Assembly: GCA_039809385.1 (NCBI GenBank)
Contig: JBDHUY010000001.1
Location: 96,001 to 160,000, forward strand
DNA length: 64,000 bases
Direction of reading: 5' to 3'
DNA from: Candidatus Altimarinota bacterium
Lineage (GTDB): Bacteria; Patescibacteriota; Gracilibacteria; JBDHUY01
Position numbers and translations under genes: made by a program. Positions within the stretch are counted from its first letter, which is position 1; each line of letters begins with the position of its first letter. Of the stretch, positions 1 to 10,934 are shown in pieces. The notes beneath the pieces were generated by a model. The model saw nothing but the letters and a program-made list of their open reading frames with translations. It searched no databases and was not told the DNA's origin.

Positions 1-2118
1 AACGGCCACGTCGTTCTCACCGACTCGTATGAACCGTTCGACCGCTACGTCATCTGCCAGAGTTTCAGCGCCGCCGACACTCCCAAATGTCTCTATACTG
101 CCGAAGTGGAAATCGCCGACTATGACAACGATCTGGCCCTGCTCAGACTCAACCGGACAAATCCGGAAGGAGAAACAGTTCCCCTGCCAACCGTGACTCC
201 TCCGCATTTCGGCAATTCGGACAACCTGCAGCTGGGCGGCGAAATCAACGTGCTGGGATACCCGGATGTAGGCAAAGAGACCATTACCCAGACCAAAGGC
301 AGCATCAGCGGTTTTTTAAGCGAAAATATCAACGGAACTCCAACCAAAGTATGGATAAAAAGCGATGCAAAGATCAACCCGGGCAATTCGGGCGGAGCCG
401 CCTTCGATGCTGACGGAAACCTGATCGGGATCCCAACCCAGGTCGAATTCGGATTCGACGCACTGGGATATATCCGCCCCAGCAATTTCATAAGCGCCTG
501 GATCAAAAATGCCAACAATCTGATTCGTAACAGCACGGAACTGCCGATTGTGGAAAAAGAGATCCCCTCAAGTCTGGACGATGTGTTTACCGAAGCCGGA
601 GACCGTGAAATCACCCTCTCCTGGCCGGAATCCTATTCTACCGCCGGTATAAAACACTATGAAATCACCTACGATACAAAATCGTTCGATCCCAATCGCT
701 GGACCAAGCCAGTTAGCGAACTACCCCACTACCAGACTACCGGGGAAACCAGCCTGACCATCACGGGGCTGGAAAACGGCACGACCTACTATTTTTACGT
801 CCGCGCCGTATCCGAAAACAACAAACCAGCCGAATACTGGAGCTACGAAGCCAGCGATACTCCCACGGACGAAGTCTTGAGCGACGAAGTTTTTCTCGAC
901 GTTCCCAATACACACGAAGCTTATCTTGCTCTAACCTATTTAAAAAATAACGAGGTAATCAGCGGCTATCCCGACGGTACGTTCCGCCCCGGGGAAACGA
1001 TCAACCGGGCCGAGCTTATGAAAATCGTGGTAACCGGACAGGGAATCCGACCCGATCCGGTCAAATATAGAAATTGCTTCCCGGACGTCATGGAAACCTG
1101 GTATTCTCCGTATGTCTGCTACGGTCTGGAGAAAGGCTGGATCCAGGGGTATCCCGACGGCATGTTCAAACCGAGCGATACGGCCAACAAAGCCGAAGTC
1201 ATTAAGATATTGCTGAACGCTTATGATGCTCCCGATTTTTCTGCGGTCCAAACCCAGTTTGGGGATATACACCCCGAACAGTGGTTTTACCGCTTCGTCT
1301 CGACGGCCGAACAAATGCAACTCCTGCCGGAACGGGACAATTTTGAGCCAGGTCAAGCGGCTAAACGAGGCATAACTGCCGAATACCTGTACCGGCTCAA
1401 CCTGATCAAAAAGAACGAGATGCTGCCCGCTGCTTCGCCAACCTGGCAGACTCCGAGCGGGGAAGAAGTGACCGTATCAGACTTTTTGGCGGTACAGGAT
1501 GGGAAAGAATGGGATTTTGTCTCAGATCAAAACCTAAATGACAACGGCAATACGGCCCCGGACAATATTATTACTGCTACGGAGTGTGAAACAGAAAGCG
1601 AGTGTTTCGATCTGCGCTACGACGATCACTATACCAGTCAGATTTTCCCGGAAGATCCGGAAGTTTTAATCAAGAAACTGACACTTCACGAAGGTACCGG
1701 AAATGACAAAGAAGTCGCTTACGAAGAACCCGAAACACTCTTCTCTACTCGTAACCGTATCAACTATTTTAGGCTTGCCGAAGGCACCCCGGTACGGGCT
1801 GACGACGGGTCGACGATTACGCTATACGACGGCACGAACAGTCTGGAATTCGACGGGTTCGAAACAGTGGAAACCCCGGCTACCGGCCAGGTTAGCGCGC
1901 TCAAAGTAAAAATAACCGATCTGGTACATATCAATACCACCAAACCGATGTACGAAAACGATATAAGCCACGAAGCTTTTGTCTTGAGTACCGGTACCAG
2001 ATACTATGCCTCTGGAGTCGGTCTGATCAAAAGCGAAACCAGGACCACCCTGCTCTACAACGGACAGACCTACGAACTCTCGGCCGGGACGAATGTGCTG
2101 AAATCCTACAAGAACTGA
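1..2118 (+). CDS. Trypsin-like serine protease with FN3 and S-layer homology (SLH) domains; 5' partial
   Basis: Frame is open from base 1 (NGHVV = trypsin His motif), then DLALL, INPGNSGGA (catalytic Ser), FN3 signature (LTITGLENGTTYYFYVRAV) and SLH repeats (ISGYPDGTFRPGETINRAE; IQGYPDGMFKP). Confidence 0.9.
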   Translation, partial: NGHVVLTDSYEPFDRYVICQSFSAADTPKCLYTAEVEIADYDNDLALLRLNRTNPEGETVPLPTVTPPHFGNSDNLQLGGEINVLGYPDVGKETITQTKGSISGFLSENINGTPTKVWIKSDAKINPGNSGGAAFDADGNLIGIPTQVEFGFDALGYIRPSNFISAWIKNANNLIRNSTELPIVEKEIPSSLDDVFTEAGDREITLSWPESYSTAGIKHYEITYDTKSFDPNRWTKPVSELPHYQTTGETSLTITGLENGTTYYFYVRAVSENNKPAEYWSYEASDTPTDEVLSDEVFLDVPNTHEAYLALTYLKNNEVISGYPDGTFRPGETINRAELMKIVVTGQGIRPDPVKYRNCFPDVMETWYSPYVCYGLEKGWIQGYPDGMFKPSDTANKAEVIKILLNAYDAPDFSAVQTQFGDIHPEQWFYRFVSTAEQMQLLPERDNFEPGQAAKRGITAEYLYRLNLIKKNEMLPAASPTWQTPSGEEVTVSDFLAVQDGKEWDFVSDQNLNDNGNTAPDNIITATECETESECFDLRYDDHYTSQIFPEDPEVLIKKLTLHEGTGNDKEVAYEEPETLFSTRNRINYFRLAEGTPVRADDGSTITLYDGTNSLEFDGFETVETPATGQVSALKVKITDLVHINTTKPMYENDISHEAFVLSTGTRYYASGVGLIKSETRTTLLYNGQTYELSAGTNVLKSYKN

Positions 2119-3812
2119 ACCAGCTTTTTGTTTAAGACGTCGCGGGTAGTCTGGCCGACCCGGCCGGCTCCCGTGGCTTGAGCTGAAGGAACCACGGCAT
2201 GATCTTGTTGGAATTGTAATAAGGCCTCTTTGGTCTTAGCGGCAAATTTGCCGGTAACGTCTTGTTTGAAATAGCCGAGCTTAGAGAGAATACTCTGTAA
2301 TTTGGCCACTTCGATCCCCTGGGTGCCGGGATCGAGTTCGGTGGTGATCTTTTGTTGTCGGTACTTGGAAAGAACATAGGCCAATTTCTCGCGAGTTTTG
2401 GGGCCATAGAGACTGGCACCGGGACTCTGGGGGGAACCGGCCAGCTTGAACTGCATTTGAAAAGAGAGTACCGCGGCAGAGGTTTTTGGACCGTAATACC
2501 CGGTAGGCGTGGCATCGAGATAGCCGAGTTCAAACAAAGTTTGCTGCAATGCCCGGACTTCGTCCCCGCTGTCTTTGGATTTGAGAATTTGAGATATCTG
2601 GCTCGAGACAGACGTCGTAGCACTTTTTGACGGAGTATTGGGGGGCACAGCGCCCGGGGCTGGGTTGGCAGATGAAGCGACAACGGCGGTTTTGGTACTC
2701 TGTCCGGCCTGAAAGAGATCTTCAACCAGATATAGACGGGTCTGATTGCCAAAATAACCGGCACCCCGGTCGGTATCTTTCAATATGATTCCTTTCTGTT
2801 TCTGGAAAGAGAGTACGGCTGCATAGGTGTTGCTATCATATTTTCCGGTTTCAGAAACCGCAAATCCCAGACGGTTGAGGGCCTGCTGCAAAGTGAGAAT
2901 ATCTCCTTTTTGACCCGATCCTTTGCCCAGTCCGACCGGAAAAGAAGAAAGCATCTTCTGTTTTTCGGTTTTTTGCGCGGCCAGAGAGCGGCGATCCTGT
3001 TCTTTTTTTTCGTAAAATTTCTGTTCCAGGACTTTACGGGTTTTCTGCCCGGTATACCCGGCACCGCTCTCCTGGTCGCCTTTGACGATTCCGTTATCAA
3101 CCTGAAAACGATACACCGCATCGACGGTTTTGACATCGTAGCTTTGGGCATCGGGGGTTTCCATATACCCCAGTTCGGTCAGCACTTCGTGGAGCTTTTG
3201 GACATCGCTGCCCTTATCGCCTTTACCTAAGTTGCGGGAAAAAAGCGTGGTTGAATTGGTGGCATTTTGCGGCCATTTGACTTTGGCGATGGCTAAATCT
3301 TCGACCTGGATCGTATCATTCAGTTCGGTACCGGACGGGTAAACATACCCTTCAACCTTACGGATGCCCCAGCTCAGAGCCCGCTTGAGCCCCTCTTCGC
3401 CATAGCCCATCCACAGATCGAGGCGATCATAGGAGTGCCCCCGTTCTCCGGCTACGACAATGGCGCCGCCGCGGTCTTCCACGGTTCCGATGCCCAGTCC
3501 TTCCAGCTTGATCTTGGTACCGAACGCATAGGTTTTAGGCGCGGCGATCATGCCGTCGTGCACTCCTTTGCCCGAGGCGCCCCGGATGCCTTGTCCGTTC
3601 AATTTTTTCTCGTCTTCCACATTTCCTCTCAAATAAAACGACTGCCCTTCCTGGGGAGAATAATACCCGGTCACCAGAAAGGTCCTCTTTTCGGGTTGAG
3701 GCGTTTCGGCCAGTGCCGTATCAACAGAACCGGGAAACAGAAAGGCTGTTTCGGCCAGGGAAAGAGACAGCACGAACAGAAGTATTTTTGGTATGTTTTT
3801 GTATATTTTCAT
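2106..3812 (-). CDS. Secreted 3D-domain (MltA/RlpA-like) protein with multiple peptidoglycan-binding repeats
   Basis: Signal peptide; VTGYYSP...MIAAPKTYAFGTKIKLEGLGIGTVEDRGGAI...RLDLWMG (3D domain); four repeats of type GD.G..V..LQ..L..LGY...TG.Y...T..AV..FQ. Confidence 0.85.
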   Translation of the reverse strand: MKIYKNIPKILLFVLSLSLAETAFLFPGSVDTALAETPQPEKRTFLVTGYYSPQEGQSFYLRGNVEDEKKLNGQGIRGASGKGVHDGMIAAPKTYAFGTKIKLEGLGIGTVEDRGGAIVVAGERGHSYDRLDLWMGYGEEGLKRALSWGIRKVEGYVYPSGTELNDTIQVEDLAIAKVKWPQNATNSTTLFSRNLGKGDKGSDVQKLHEVLTELGYMETPDAQSYDVKTVDAVYRFQVDNGIVKGDQESGAGYTGQKTRKVLEQKFYEKKEQDRRSLAAQKTEKQKMLSSFPVGLGKGSGQKGDILTLQQALNRLGFAVSETGKYDSNTYAAVLSFQKQKGIILKDTDRGAGYFGNQTRLYLVEDLFQAGQSTKTAVVASSANPAPGAVPPNTPSKSATTSVSSQISQILKSKDSGDEVRALQQTLFELGYLDATPTGYYGPKTSAAVLSFQMQFKLAGSPQSPGASLYGPKTREKLAYVLSKYRQQKITTELDPGTQGIEVAKLQSILSKLGYFKQDVTGKFAAKTKEALLQFQQDHAVVPSAQATGAGRVGQTTRDVLNKKLVQFL

Positions 3813-4099
3813 GAGAGTTTAGTTCTCTTCATAATACCACAAAATACTGCGCCCTCCCCGCAAAACTCCTTGCCCGATGCTTAAAATTGTCGGATAGATA
3901 GTTTTGAAGGATTCGACAAAAAACCGAATACGCTAAGGAATTTCCGGCAGGTTAAGGTTTTGCCGTCTTCTTGATGGAATCCTACTTGCTTTTAGAAAAG
4001 GCGATATCTCAGCAGTTAAGAAAACAAAAGAAGCATGTTTTGAAAACATGCTCACTTCGGTATAACTTCTACATGATTTATTTTATCTACTCCCTAATC

Positions 4100-5737
4100 T
4101 CAAAAATGCATCGGAGGAAGGTCCTGCCGGTGAATACTGTATAAAAGCAGAGCGAGCTCTCCCCGGGTAATATTATGAGCAGCATCAATCACCACTCCGT
4201 TCAATAATGCCTTTGTCATACCGGTCTGTATATATTTCTCATACCAGGGAGAGTCATTGGCGGCAACGAGCTCAATACTAAGTGTTCCGAATACGATTTT
4301 GAGTGCCTCAGCCAAGTTTACTTCCCGTTCGGGATGAAAAAGTCCATCAGGATATCCCCTGACTATGCCGATAGTCTTTGCATAACAGATGTACGGAGCG
4401 AACCACTCCCGTGTGACATCGTGAAAACAATTTTCGCCTTTTGGATTTTTTGTGATAATTCCAATAATGATTTTCGTAAATTCTGCCCGATTGATCTTTT
4501 TTTCGGGACCAAAGGTACCGTCGCTATACCCCGTGATAATTTCTCTTTCTCTCAAAAAATTTACGGCATCGAAATATCGACTGTCTTGAGAGATATCTCG
4601 AAACGATGGAGTGGCGCTCGCATTCTGCAATCCGGATGATTTGATGTACCACATTCCATTCTCTTTATATGGAAATGCCCAACTATTCCCGCGGGCTTGC
4701 GGGATCCCCACAGCTTCGAAAGGGCCGTACTGTTGGCCATTTATGACCGTGTAAATGTTTTTGGCCGTTATAGCAGAACTACTGCCGGGATAATCTGTCG
4801 CATAGGTAAACAGCCAATTCGAATCGCTGATAGCAAGACTATCGGGCAGACAAAACGTATCGGTGTTCCATACCGTTTTTTGGTCGATTACTACATTACA
4901 GGAACGATCGACATACCCTGAACGCAGAGGGGAAACTGATATGTCGGCCAGTTCGTCATTGAAACTTCCATAATGTTCTTTGTCGGTAAGAACTGAATAT
5001 TTTCCTCCGGGCGGGTTGTCATACGTTGCCAGTATCCAGCGTTCGCCGGATATTTTAAATTGCCCGGTATAGAGATATCCCGGATACGAATTACCGTCCA
5101 GCATAATCATGATTTGGGAACTTTGTGTATCCCTGTAAAAGAATCCCCAGTGTTGATTTGATACAGCCAGATTCGCAACGGACAGATATGGACCATAGCT
5201 TTTGCCATTCATAAGCACATATGATTTTCCTTCCTGGAAATACGCAACAGCCCAATTTGTATCGGACACAGCCAGAGATCCCGGTAAGACTTGGTACGGA
5301 CCATATTCCTGATTATCCAGAGACAGGTATTGTTGTCCGTTCTTGAGATATTGAACAAGCATACGGTTATTGGAGACCCTTACTTCGGGATAGGTATCGT
5401 AGACTTGACTCGTGCCATTCTTTGACTGTATGTAGTATTGACCGTTTTTCTCAAACGGATAGGCCCAATTTTGATCCGCGATACTCAGTACGCCACTCGG
5501 CAAACTGAGAGCAAGACCGAATCCGATCGGATCGGACACCGTTCCATTGACGAAAGTATAATTTTTACCATTTTTGCGGAACGAATATCCCCAGTTATTC
5601 TGGGAGATTTGAAGGTCTGTTACGGTCTCGAATGGCCCGGAAGTCGATATTTCCGGCTGCTCCGTAGCTGTACCTTCTACGGGAAGCACCGATAGACTCA
5701 TCATAAACAAGAGAACGAAAATCGAGTACCTTTTCAT
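4100..5737 (-). CDS. Secreted SLH-domain protein with N-terminal beta-rich repeats
   Basis: Signal peptide; repeated NG..YGP(Y/F)...S..NW units; C-terminal SLH motifs (ITGYSDGTFGPEKKINRAE, VRGYPDGLFHPE). Confidence 0.85.
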   Translation of the reverse strand: MKRYSIFVLLFMMSLSVLPVEGTATEQPEISTSGPFETVTDLQISQNNWGYSFRKNGKNYTFVNGTVSDPIGFGLALSLPSGVLSIADQNWAYPFEKNGQYYIQSKNGTSQVYDTYPEVRVSNNRMLVQYLKNGQQYLSLDNQEYGPYQVLPGSLAVSDTNWAVAYFQEGKSYVLMNGKSYGPYLSVANLAVSNQHWGFFYRDTQSSQIMIMLDGNSYPGYLYTGQFKISGERWILATYDNPPGGKYSVLTDKEHYGSFNDELADISVSPLRSGYVDRSCNVVIDQKTVWNTDTFCLPDSLAISDSNWLFTYATDYPGSSSAITAKNIYTVINGQQYGPFEAVGIPQARGNSWAFPYKENGMWYIKSSGLQNASATPSFRDISQDSRYFDAVNFLREREIITGYSDGTFGPEKKINRAEFTKIIIGIITKNPKGENCFHDVTREWFAPYICYAKTIGIVRGYPDGLFHPEREVNLAEALKIVFGTLSIELVAANDSPWYEKYIQTGMTKALLNGVVIDAAHNITRGELALLLYSIHRQDLPPMHF

Positions 5738-6034
5738 GCGGACGTATGTATTGGGAATATAAATTACCGTCGTATACTACCAGCACCATACGGAATGTCA
5801 AAAATCTATCGTTGGCATATTATTCGAGAATATTTCGCAAAAAATTTAAGAATACCTTTGCGTTCTGTTCAGAAGCGACTTGTGCGATGCTTGATACTTC
5901 CTTTAAGAAAACCTAACTCTGCCGTTTCTTGATCGAATCGAAAAACAACCACGCAAGAGCAAGCAGTGTGACAGTCAAGAAACCAAAAATAAGGGAGGTA
6001 ACCGCGAGATATCGGAAATATTTCCTCAAAACTT

Positions 6035-6063
6035 TTGACTTAAACGAGCCAAAAAGCTAGAAT
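6035..6063 (+). promoter_or_regulatory. Sigma70-type promoter of rpmH operon
   Basis: TTGACT-N17-TAGAAT, ending 35 nt upstream of the rpmH ATG. Confidence 0.7.
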
Positions 6064-6098
6064 GAGCCTTGCTTTTTATCTACGCTTACCAAAGAGAT

Positions 6099-6230
6099 AT
6101 GCAAGGAAAACTCAAGCAGCGAAAGCGGAAAAACAATCACGGCTTTCTGACCCGCAGCCGAACTACCAACGGTTCCAAACTGATCGCGCGACGCCGGGCC
6201 AAAGGAAGAGCCAGATTGTCGGTCGAGTAA
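6099..6230 (+). CDS. rpmH: 50S ribosomal protein L34 (not in ORF track)
   Basis: Translated by hand: [43 protein letters not shown]; HGF..R..T..G...+.RRRAKGR motif; sits before rnpA. Confidence 0.95.
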   Translation: MQGKLKQRKRKNNHGFLTRSRTTNGSKLIARRRAKGRARLSVE

Positions 6231-6241
6231 ATTGTCCGTCC

Positions 6242-6574
6242 ATGTTCAGAAAAAAAGAAAGACTCACCAGCAGCGATTTTTCCCGCATCTGGAAAGAGGC
6301 GTCCTTCTCGCGTTCCTCCCGCCGGTTTGTTCTCAAATGCAGACACAATAGTTTGGGCCTTAGCCGTTTCGGTGTGGTCGTCACGTCCAAATTTTCCAAA
6401 AGCGCGGTGAAACGAAACCGCAAACGAAGACAGATCTATGCCTGTTTACGAGAGATCCAGACGCGTTCCCCGCTCCCTTCCATGGATTGCATTGTGTTTC
6501 TCAAGAATACTCCGCTTCCCCCTGCCGCCTATACCGAGCTCTGTACCGACCTGACCTTTTTGTTTTCCTCCTAA
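6242..6574 (+). CDS. rnpA: Ribonuclease P protein component
   Basis: MFRKKERL...SRFGVVVTSKFSKSAVKRNRKRR (RNR motif); start moved to ATG 6242 just after rpmH. Confidence 0.92.
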   Translation: MFRKKERLTSSDFSRIWKEASFSRSSRRFVLKCRHNSLGLSRFGVVVTSKFSKSAVKRNRKRRQIYACLREIQTRSPLPSMDCIVFLKNTPLPPAAYTELCTDLTFLFSS

Positions 6575-6584
6575 TCCATTTTCG

Positions 6585-7778
6585 ATGAACCGCCAACGTA
6601 TTTACGGATATTTGCTGCTGTTGCTGGGTGTCTATTTACTGCTTTTTGTCATCAACCCGGCCAAACCTGCCGACCAACCCGCCGCCCCGACCAATCAGAT
6701 TCGCCTCGTCCCTACCAAATCGAGCTTTGGCTTCGGCGAAGCGGTACACGTCAATCTAGAGAACGGCCTGTCGGAAGACATTACGCTCCTGTCACGCTGC
6801 CCCGCCCCCCCCCTGGATATCTATAAAAACGGAGAGAAGATCAGCACGGATACACAATATACATGCCCTACCGATAACGAGATCATCAAGCCGAATGAGA
6901 AACGATCCATTTCGTTTGACCCGTGGAACAACGATCTATTTAAGGACGCGGGCGAGTACCGAATCGAATACACGACTACGGTAGGAGGCGAGGAAAAAAA
7001 GGCCGAGTCAACCATTCGGATAACCGAACCGAACTGGCTGGGATATGTATGGGATCTCATTCTCTACCGGCCGATTTATAATACCCTGATCTTCTTGACC
7101 AGCATTCTGCCGGGCCATGATCTGGGACTAGCGATCATCGTTCTGACCATCTTGATGCGCGTCATCCTGCTGATCCCGAATCAAAAAGCGCTGGAACAGC
7201 AAAAACAGATGCAGAAACTCCAGCCCAAGATCGCTGAAATTCAGAAAAAATACGAAGGAAATCAGCAAAAGATCGGCGAAGAGACTCTGAAACTCTGGAA
7301 AGAATACAAAGTGAACCCGGCGGGTAGCTGTCTGCCCATCCTGATTCAGCTGCCTATCCTGATAGCACTCTATAATGCCATAGCCAACGGACTGCAAGTC
7401 AGCAGTACCTATTTTCTGTATCCCCCGCTCAAGGGCTTCAGCATCGACCAGATCAATTCCTTCTTTTTGGGAATCCTCGACCTGTCGAAACCCAATCTGT
7501 ATATATTGCCAATACTGCTAGCAGTATTGCAGTACATTCAAATGAGACTCTCGTTTGCCAACGCTGCCAAGAAACAGGCCAAAAATACTCCCCCAAAAGC
7601 CAAGGGAGATATGCCCGATGCGGGCGCGGTGACCAGCAAAGTCATGACCTATATTTTTCCGCTGCTCATTGCGCTGATGTCGATTGGCTTTCCGGCAGGG
7701 ATCGCGGTGTACTGGGGTGTTTCGACCCTTTTTGGCATCGGACAACAGCTTTGGGTAAATCGCGAAAAGGGTGTATAA
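6585..7778 (+). CDS. yidC: Membrane protein insertase YidC
   Basis: LGLAIIVLTILMRVIL...MQKLQPKIAEIQKKY...VNPAGSCLPILIQLPI...FPAGIAVYW; rpmH-rnpA-yidC-jag context. Confidence 0.95.
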   Translation: MNRQRIYGYLLLLLGVYLLLFVINPAKPADQPAAPTNQIRLVPTKSSFGFGEAVHVNLENGLSEDITLLSRCPAPPLDIYKNGEKISTDTQYTCPTDNEIIKPNEKRSISFDPWNNDLFKDAGEYRIEYTTTVGGEEKKAESTIRITEPNWLGYVWDLILYRPIYNTLIFLTSILPGHDLGLAIIVLTILMRVILLIPNQKALEQQKQMQKLQPKIAEIQKKYEGNQQKIGEETLKLWKEYKVNPAGSCLPILIQLPILIALYNAIANGLQVSSTYFLYPPLKGFSIDQINSFFLGILDLSKPNLYILPILLAVLQYIQMRLSFANAAKKQAKNTPPKAKGDMPDAGAVTSKVMTYIFPLLIALMSIGFPAGIAVYWGVSTLFGIGQQLWVNREKGV

Positions 7779-7842
7779 TAAAGACCGTTCTGTGGGAAGA
7801 GTTTTTTATCCCTGCTTTTTACTTTTTTATCCGCCAGCACTC

Positions 7843-8319
7843 ATGGACGAAATAGCTGTAAAAATCCAAACCCTCACCGAAGAATTCCTGCGCCGGATGG
7901 GTATCGCGTTTGACAAGGTATTGGTATCGCCCCGGGACGCCAGTACGTTACGGGTTAATATTTTATCACAAGACGCCAGTTTACTGATCGGCCACTTCGG
8001 CGATACGCTTAAAGCCATGCAATATTTGCTCAAATCGGCGATCAGTACGATGGATCTGACCGACGCGCCGCTGTTTCTCATCCTCGATGTGGAAGGCTAC
8101 AAAGAACGCCAGGAAGAGAAAGTGATCGAAATGGCCGAAAAAGCGGTAACTAGTCTCTTATCAGGAAAAAGCGAGGAAGAACATCTCCTGCCCATGTCGC
8201 CCTATTTTCGCAAAGTCGTCCACATGCATCTGATGGAAAAACACGGTTCGTCCGGCATCCTCACGAAGAGCGAAGGCGAGGGCGAGGACCGGCATATCGT
8301 GGTACGGGTAGGAAGCTAG
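7843..8319 (+). CDS. jag: Jag/EloR-family KH + R3H RNA-binding protein (short form)
   Basis: LLIGHFGDTLKAMQYL (KH), LDVEGYKERQE, LLPMSPYFRKVVH (R3H), KSEGEGEDRHIVV; start at ATG 7843. Confidence 0.88.
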   Translation: MDEIAVKIQTLTEEFLRRMGIAFDKVLVSPRDASTLRVNILSQDASLLIGHFGDTLKAMQYLLKSAISTMDLTDAPLFLILDVEGYKERQEEKVIEMAEKAVTSLLSGKSEEEHLLPMSPYFRKVVHMHLMEKHGSSGILTKSEGEGEDRHIVVRVGS

Positions 8320-8579
8320 TCAGCCGAATGTACGTAGCGTGTCAAAGAGGCTCTTCTTCGTTTTTTCGAGACTTTTGACTCGGTACTAAAGACTATGTAC
8401 GTTGTCCCCAAGCGCTAATTACTAACTGAATATACTTACTATCCTGAACCCCTTTTATCCCCTTTATTAGGTGGAACGGAAGCACCGTTTAATTCTCAGC
8501 TTTTGACTACGTACTAGGTACTTTGTACTGTTGCATTGAATACTGACCACTGGACGCTGAAGGCTGACAGCTGGCGCCC

Positions 8580-8924
8580 CTACCCCACCTCGCCTGCCGG
8601 GTTCGACATTTTCCCTGCCAGCAAGTGCAGATGTACATGCATTACTACCTGTCCGCCTTCCGGACCAACATTTAACGAAAGTTTATAGCCGGGGATATCT
8701 AATTCCTCGGCTATTTTTTTGGCGGCAAACAAGAGATGCCCCATCAGCGGACGATCGGTTTCCTGCATATCCGAGATTTTTTCCAGATGTTGTTTGGGAA
8801 TGATCAGAATGTGCGTCTCGGCCGCAGGGTGAATGTCGTCAAAGGCGACCACCTGATCGTCTTCGTAGCGAAACGAAGTCGGAAAGGCGCGGGTAGCAAT
8901 TTTACAGAAAATACAGTCGGACAT
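8580..8924 (-). CDS. HIT family nucleotide-binding protein
   Basis: CIFCKI, DIHPAAETHILIIPK, GQVVMHVHLHLL histidine triad. Confidence 0.95.
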   Translation of the reverse strand: MSDCIFCKIATRAFPTSFRYEDDQVVAFDDIHPAAETHILIIPKQHLEKISDMQETDRPLMGHLLFAAKKIAEELDIPGYKLSLNVGPEGGQVVMHVHLHLLAGKMSNPAGEVG

Positions 8925-9060
8925 GGGGGAGAAGTATTAGGTATAAAGTATCTGGTATGAGGTATGAAAACAGGGGTCAAAGAAGAATAAGGCGATTTCT
9001 GGAAGGACAAGATGTCCTACACATTATACTTCATACCAAATACTTTATACATGCCTCCCC

Positions 9061-10770
9061 CTACCCACCGCCCAACCGCTGAACAATCGTAACGGTACGT
9101 GGATTGGGGGAGATCGTAGTACCAAATTTGTCCCGAATATTGCCAAGCGTGAGTTTATAATGCTCTTCGGGCTGCTCGGTGACGCCGGCGAGATGAATGG
9201 TAAGGCCGCGATCTCCGCACTCGACGTCAACGACCCGGATCTGATCGGTACGGGGATCTTTGACATCAGCATCGATCAGATGGTAATTATCCGCAACCGC
9301 GCAACTTTTGATATCTATATCTTCGTTGAAATGAAGTTCTACTACCTGAAGCTCCTTAAATATCTGAAATGTCACCCGGGGCGGAATACGATCGGGATTG
9401 ATCCGCAAGGCCAGGTCGAGATCTTGATCGAGAGACGCTGTATACATAGCTAAATTATCGCGAAAATCCCAGACTTTCCCGTCCAGCACAAAATCCGCGG
9501 GAGCATGAAAACTGATTGTATACTGATCGTTCGTACCAGACTGCTTCAAGACAGTAAGTCGGTATTGCCCATCCCGCACAATCGAGTCGGGTAATACATA
9601 TGTAAATTCGATTATTGCCGAACTGCCGGGTTCGATCTGGATTTTTTTCCCGAGAAATTTATAACCGGATTCTTCCCCCTGTACGATTTCCGGATCGTTC
9701 CCGACCATCACACTGTTCTTGGGAACCAGAATTCGCACAAAGCCTTTGTACGTAAAACTGAGCGGCTCGTTATAGTCGCCGCGATGGGTCATAGCAATGG
9801 TAACGTGGGCAGTGGCTTTGTCGCCGGTATAATCAACGTCATAAGCCACTTGTCGCTGTATATAGCGGTCGGATTTCATGCCGGCCAGATTCGCCTCGAC
9901 TACCGCCAGAAAATCGCGATCCGGAGCAGTCAACGGAATCGTGGCACTCCAACCTCGGCGCTCCATCGCGTTATGTACCAGAGCGTCGGAAAAGTAGAGC
10001 TGGATATCCTTTTGATTCAGAGACTGAACGATCAACCGGGTCATTTGATGATACAGAATCGGTGAAAAAATGATTTTTTTCAGCAACGCCTGGTAGAAAT
10101 CTTTCAAAATTTCTTTGCGGTTTTTCAAATCTTCGATATTATGCCGGTCGATATTCGATACTTCGTGTTCAAGACTGGAAAAGAGCGTATGCCGATCAAA
10201 TTCCACCTCTCCGGCCCGGACCGGTCCCAGAATATCGAGCAGTTCTTCTACAACCCGAAAGTTGACCGCAATGACACCATCGATATGCTGATCCGGAAAT
10301 TTTTTCTGATAAAACCAGATCATTTGTTTGGCATTTTGGGGAAAATCAGCATACCAGTTGGCATCCTGAAACGCCCAGCCGTGGTAAAAAGGACCTTTCA
10401 GGAGGTCTTCCATCGGATAGGGCGGCTGGATATATGGGCTATTTTCGGTAGAGAGCGAAAATACATCGTTGATCTCAAAGCCGACTGGAAAACCATGCGC
10501 CATCCGTAACAGACCATACGCAGTGGTGAATCCGCCCCCGGGTCTCAGTTCGGCGTCATTTTGCAGGACGATGAGGTATTGCTTGCTGGCAAAGGGAAAT
10601 CCGGCAATCCAAGGATAATAGGGCACGAAAATACGCAAAGAATCCAGCACGAAAAAGAACCATATGAACAGGCCCAGCAATGCTCCCGCAATCACGATAA
10701 GTATTTTCGGTGTGTTCCAGAAACGTTTTTTGACCATAGGAGAGGAAATGTCATCCGCCACGGCGGACAA
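9061..10770 (-). CDS. DUF4012 domain membrane-anchored protein with C-terminal Ig-like domain
   Basis: YLIVLQNDAELRPGGGF, DANWYADFP, IDGVIAVN, NLAGMKSDRYI motifs. Confidence 0.85.
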   Translation of the reverse strand: MSAVADDISSPMVKKRFWNTPKILIVIAGALLGLFIWFFFVLDSLRIFVPYYPWIAGFPFASKQYLIVLQNDAELRPGGGFTTAYGLLRMAHGFPVGFEINDVFSLSTENSPYIQPPYPMEDLLKGPFYHGWAFQDANWYADFPQNAKQMIWFYQKKFPDQHIDGVIAVNFRVVEELLDILGPVRAGEVEFDRHTLFSSLEHEVSNIDRHNIEDLKNRKEILKDFYQALLKKIIFSPILYHQMTRLIVQSLNQKDIQLYFSDALVHNAMERRGWSATIPLTAPDRDFLAVVEANLAGMKSDRYIQRQVAYDVDYTGDKATAHVTIAMTHRGDYNEPLSFTYKGFVRILVPKNSVMVGNDPEIVQGEESGYKFLGKKIQIEPGSSAIIEFTYVLPDSIVRDGQYRLTVLKQSGTNDQYTISFHAPADFVLDGKVWDFRDNLAMYTASLDQDLDLALRINPDRIPPRVTFQIFKELQVVELHFNEDIDIKSCAVADNYHLIDADVKDPRTDQIRVVDVECGDRGLTIHLAGVTEQPEEHYKLTLGNIRDKFGTTISPNPRTVTIVQRLGGG

Positions 10771-10934
10771 ATGTCAAAAGAATATCAAATACTAAAATCC
10801 AAATCTAAAAGGTAATTATTTTTTTGAGCTTTGAACTTGATTTGATATTTGTCCGCCGCGGCGGATTGAACTTTGGGGGTTTGAGTTCGTAGAAATCCAA
10901 AACATACGTTACGAGCTCTCCACAAAGTGCCCGC

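Noticed and set aside
4032-4052. Palindrome AGCATGTTTTGAAAACATGCT (related copy near 28479) as a shared operator
   Set aside because: Only two copies, both downstream of gene ends; cannot be distinguished from a terminator or repeat fragment
5740-6098. oriC/dnaA expected upstream of rpmH
   Set aside because: No dnaA gene and no cluster of TTATCCACA boxes seen; the neighbour is an SLH gene
6062-6241. ORF-track N-terminal extension of rnpA
   Set aside because: It overlaps the real rpmH gene in another frame; rnpA starts at 6242
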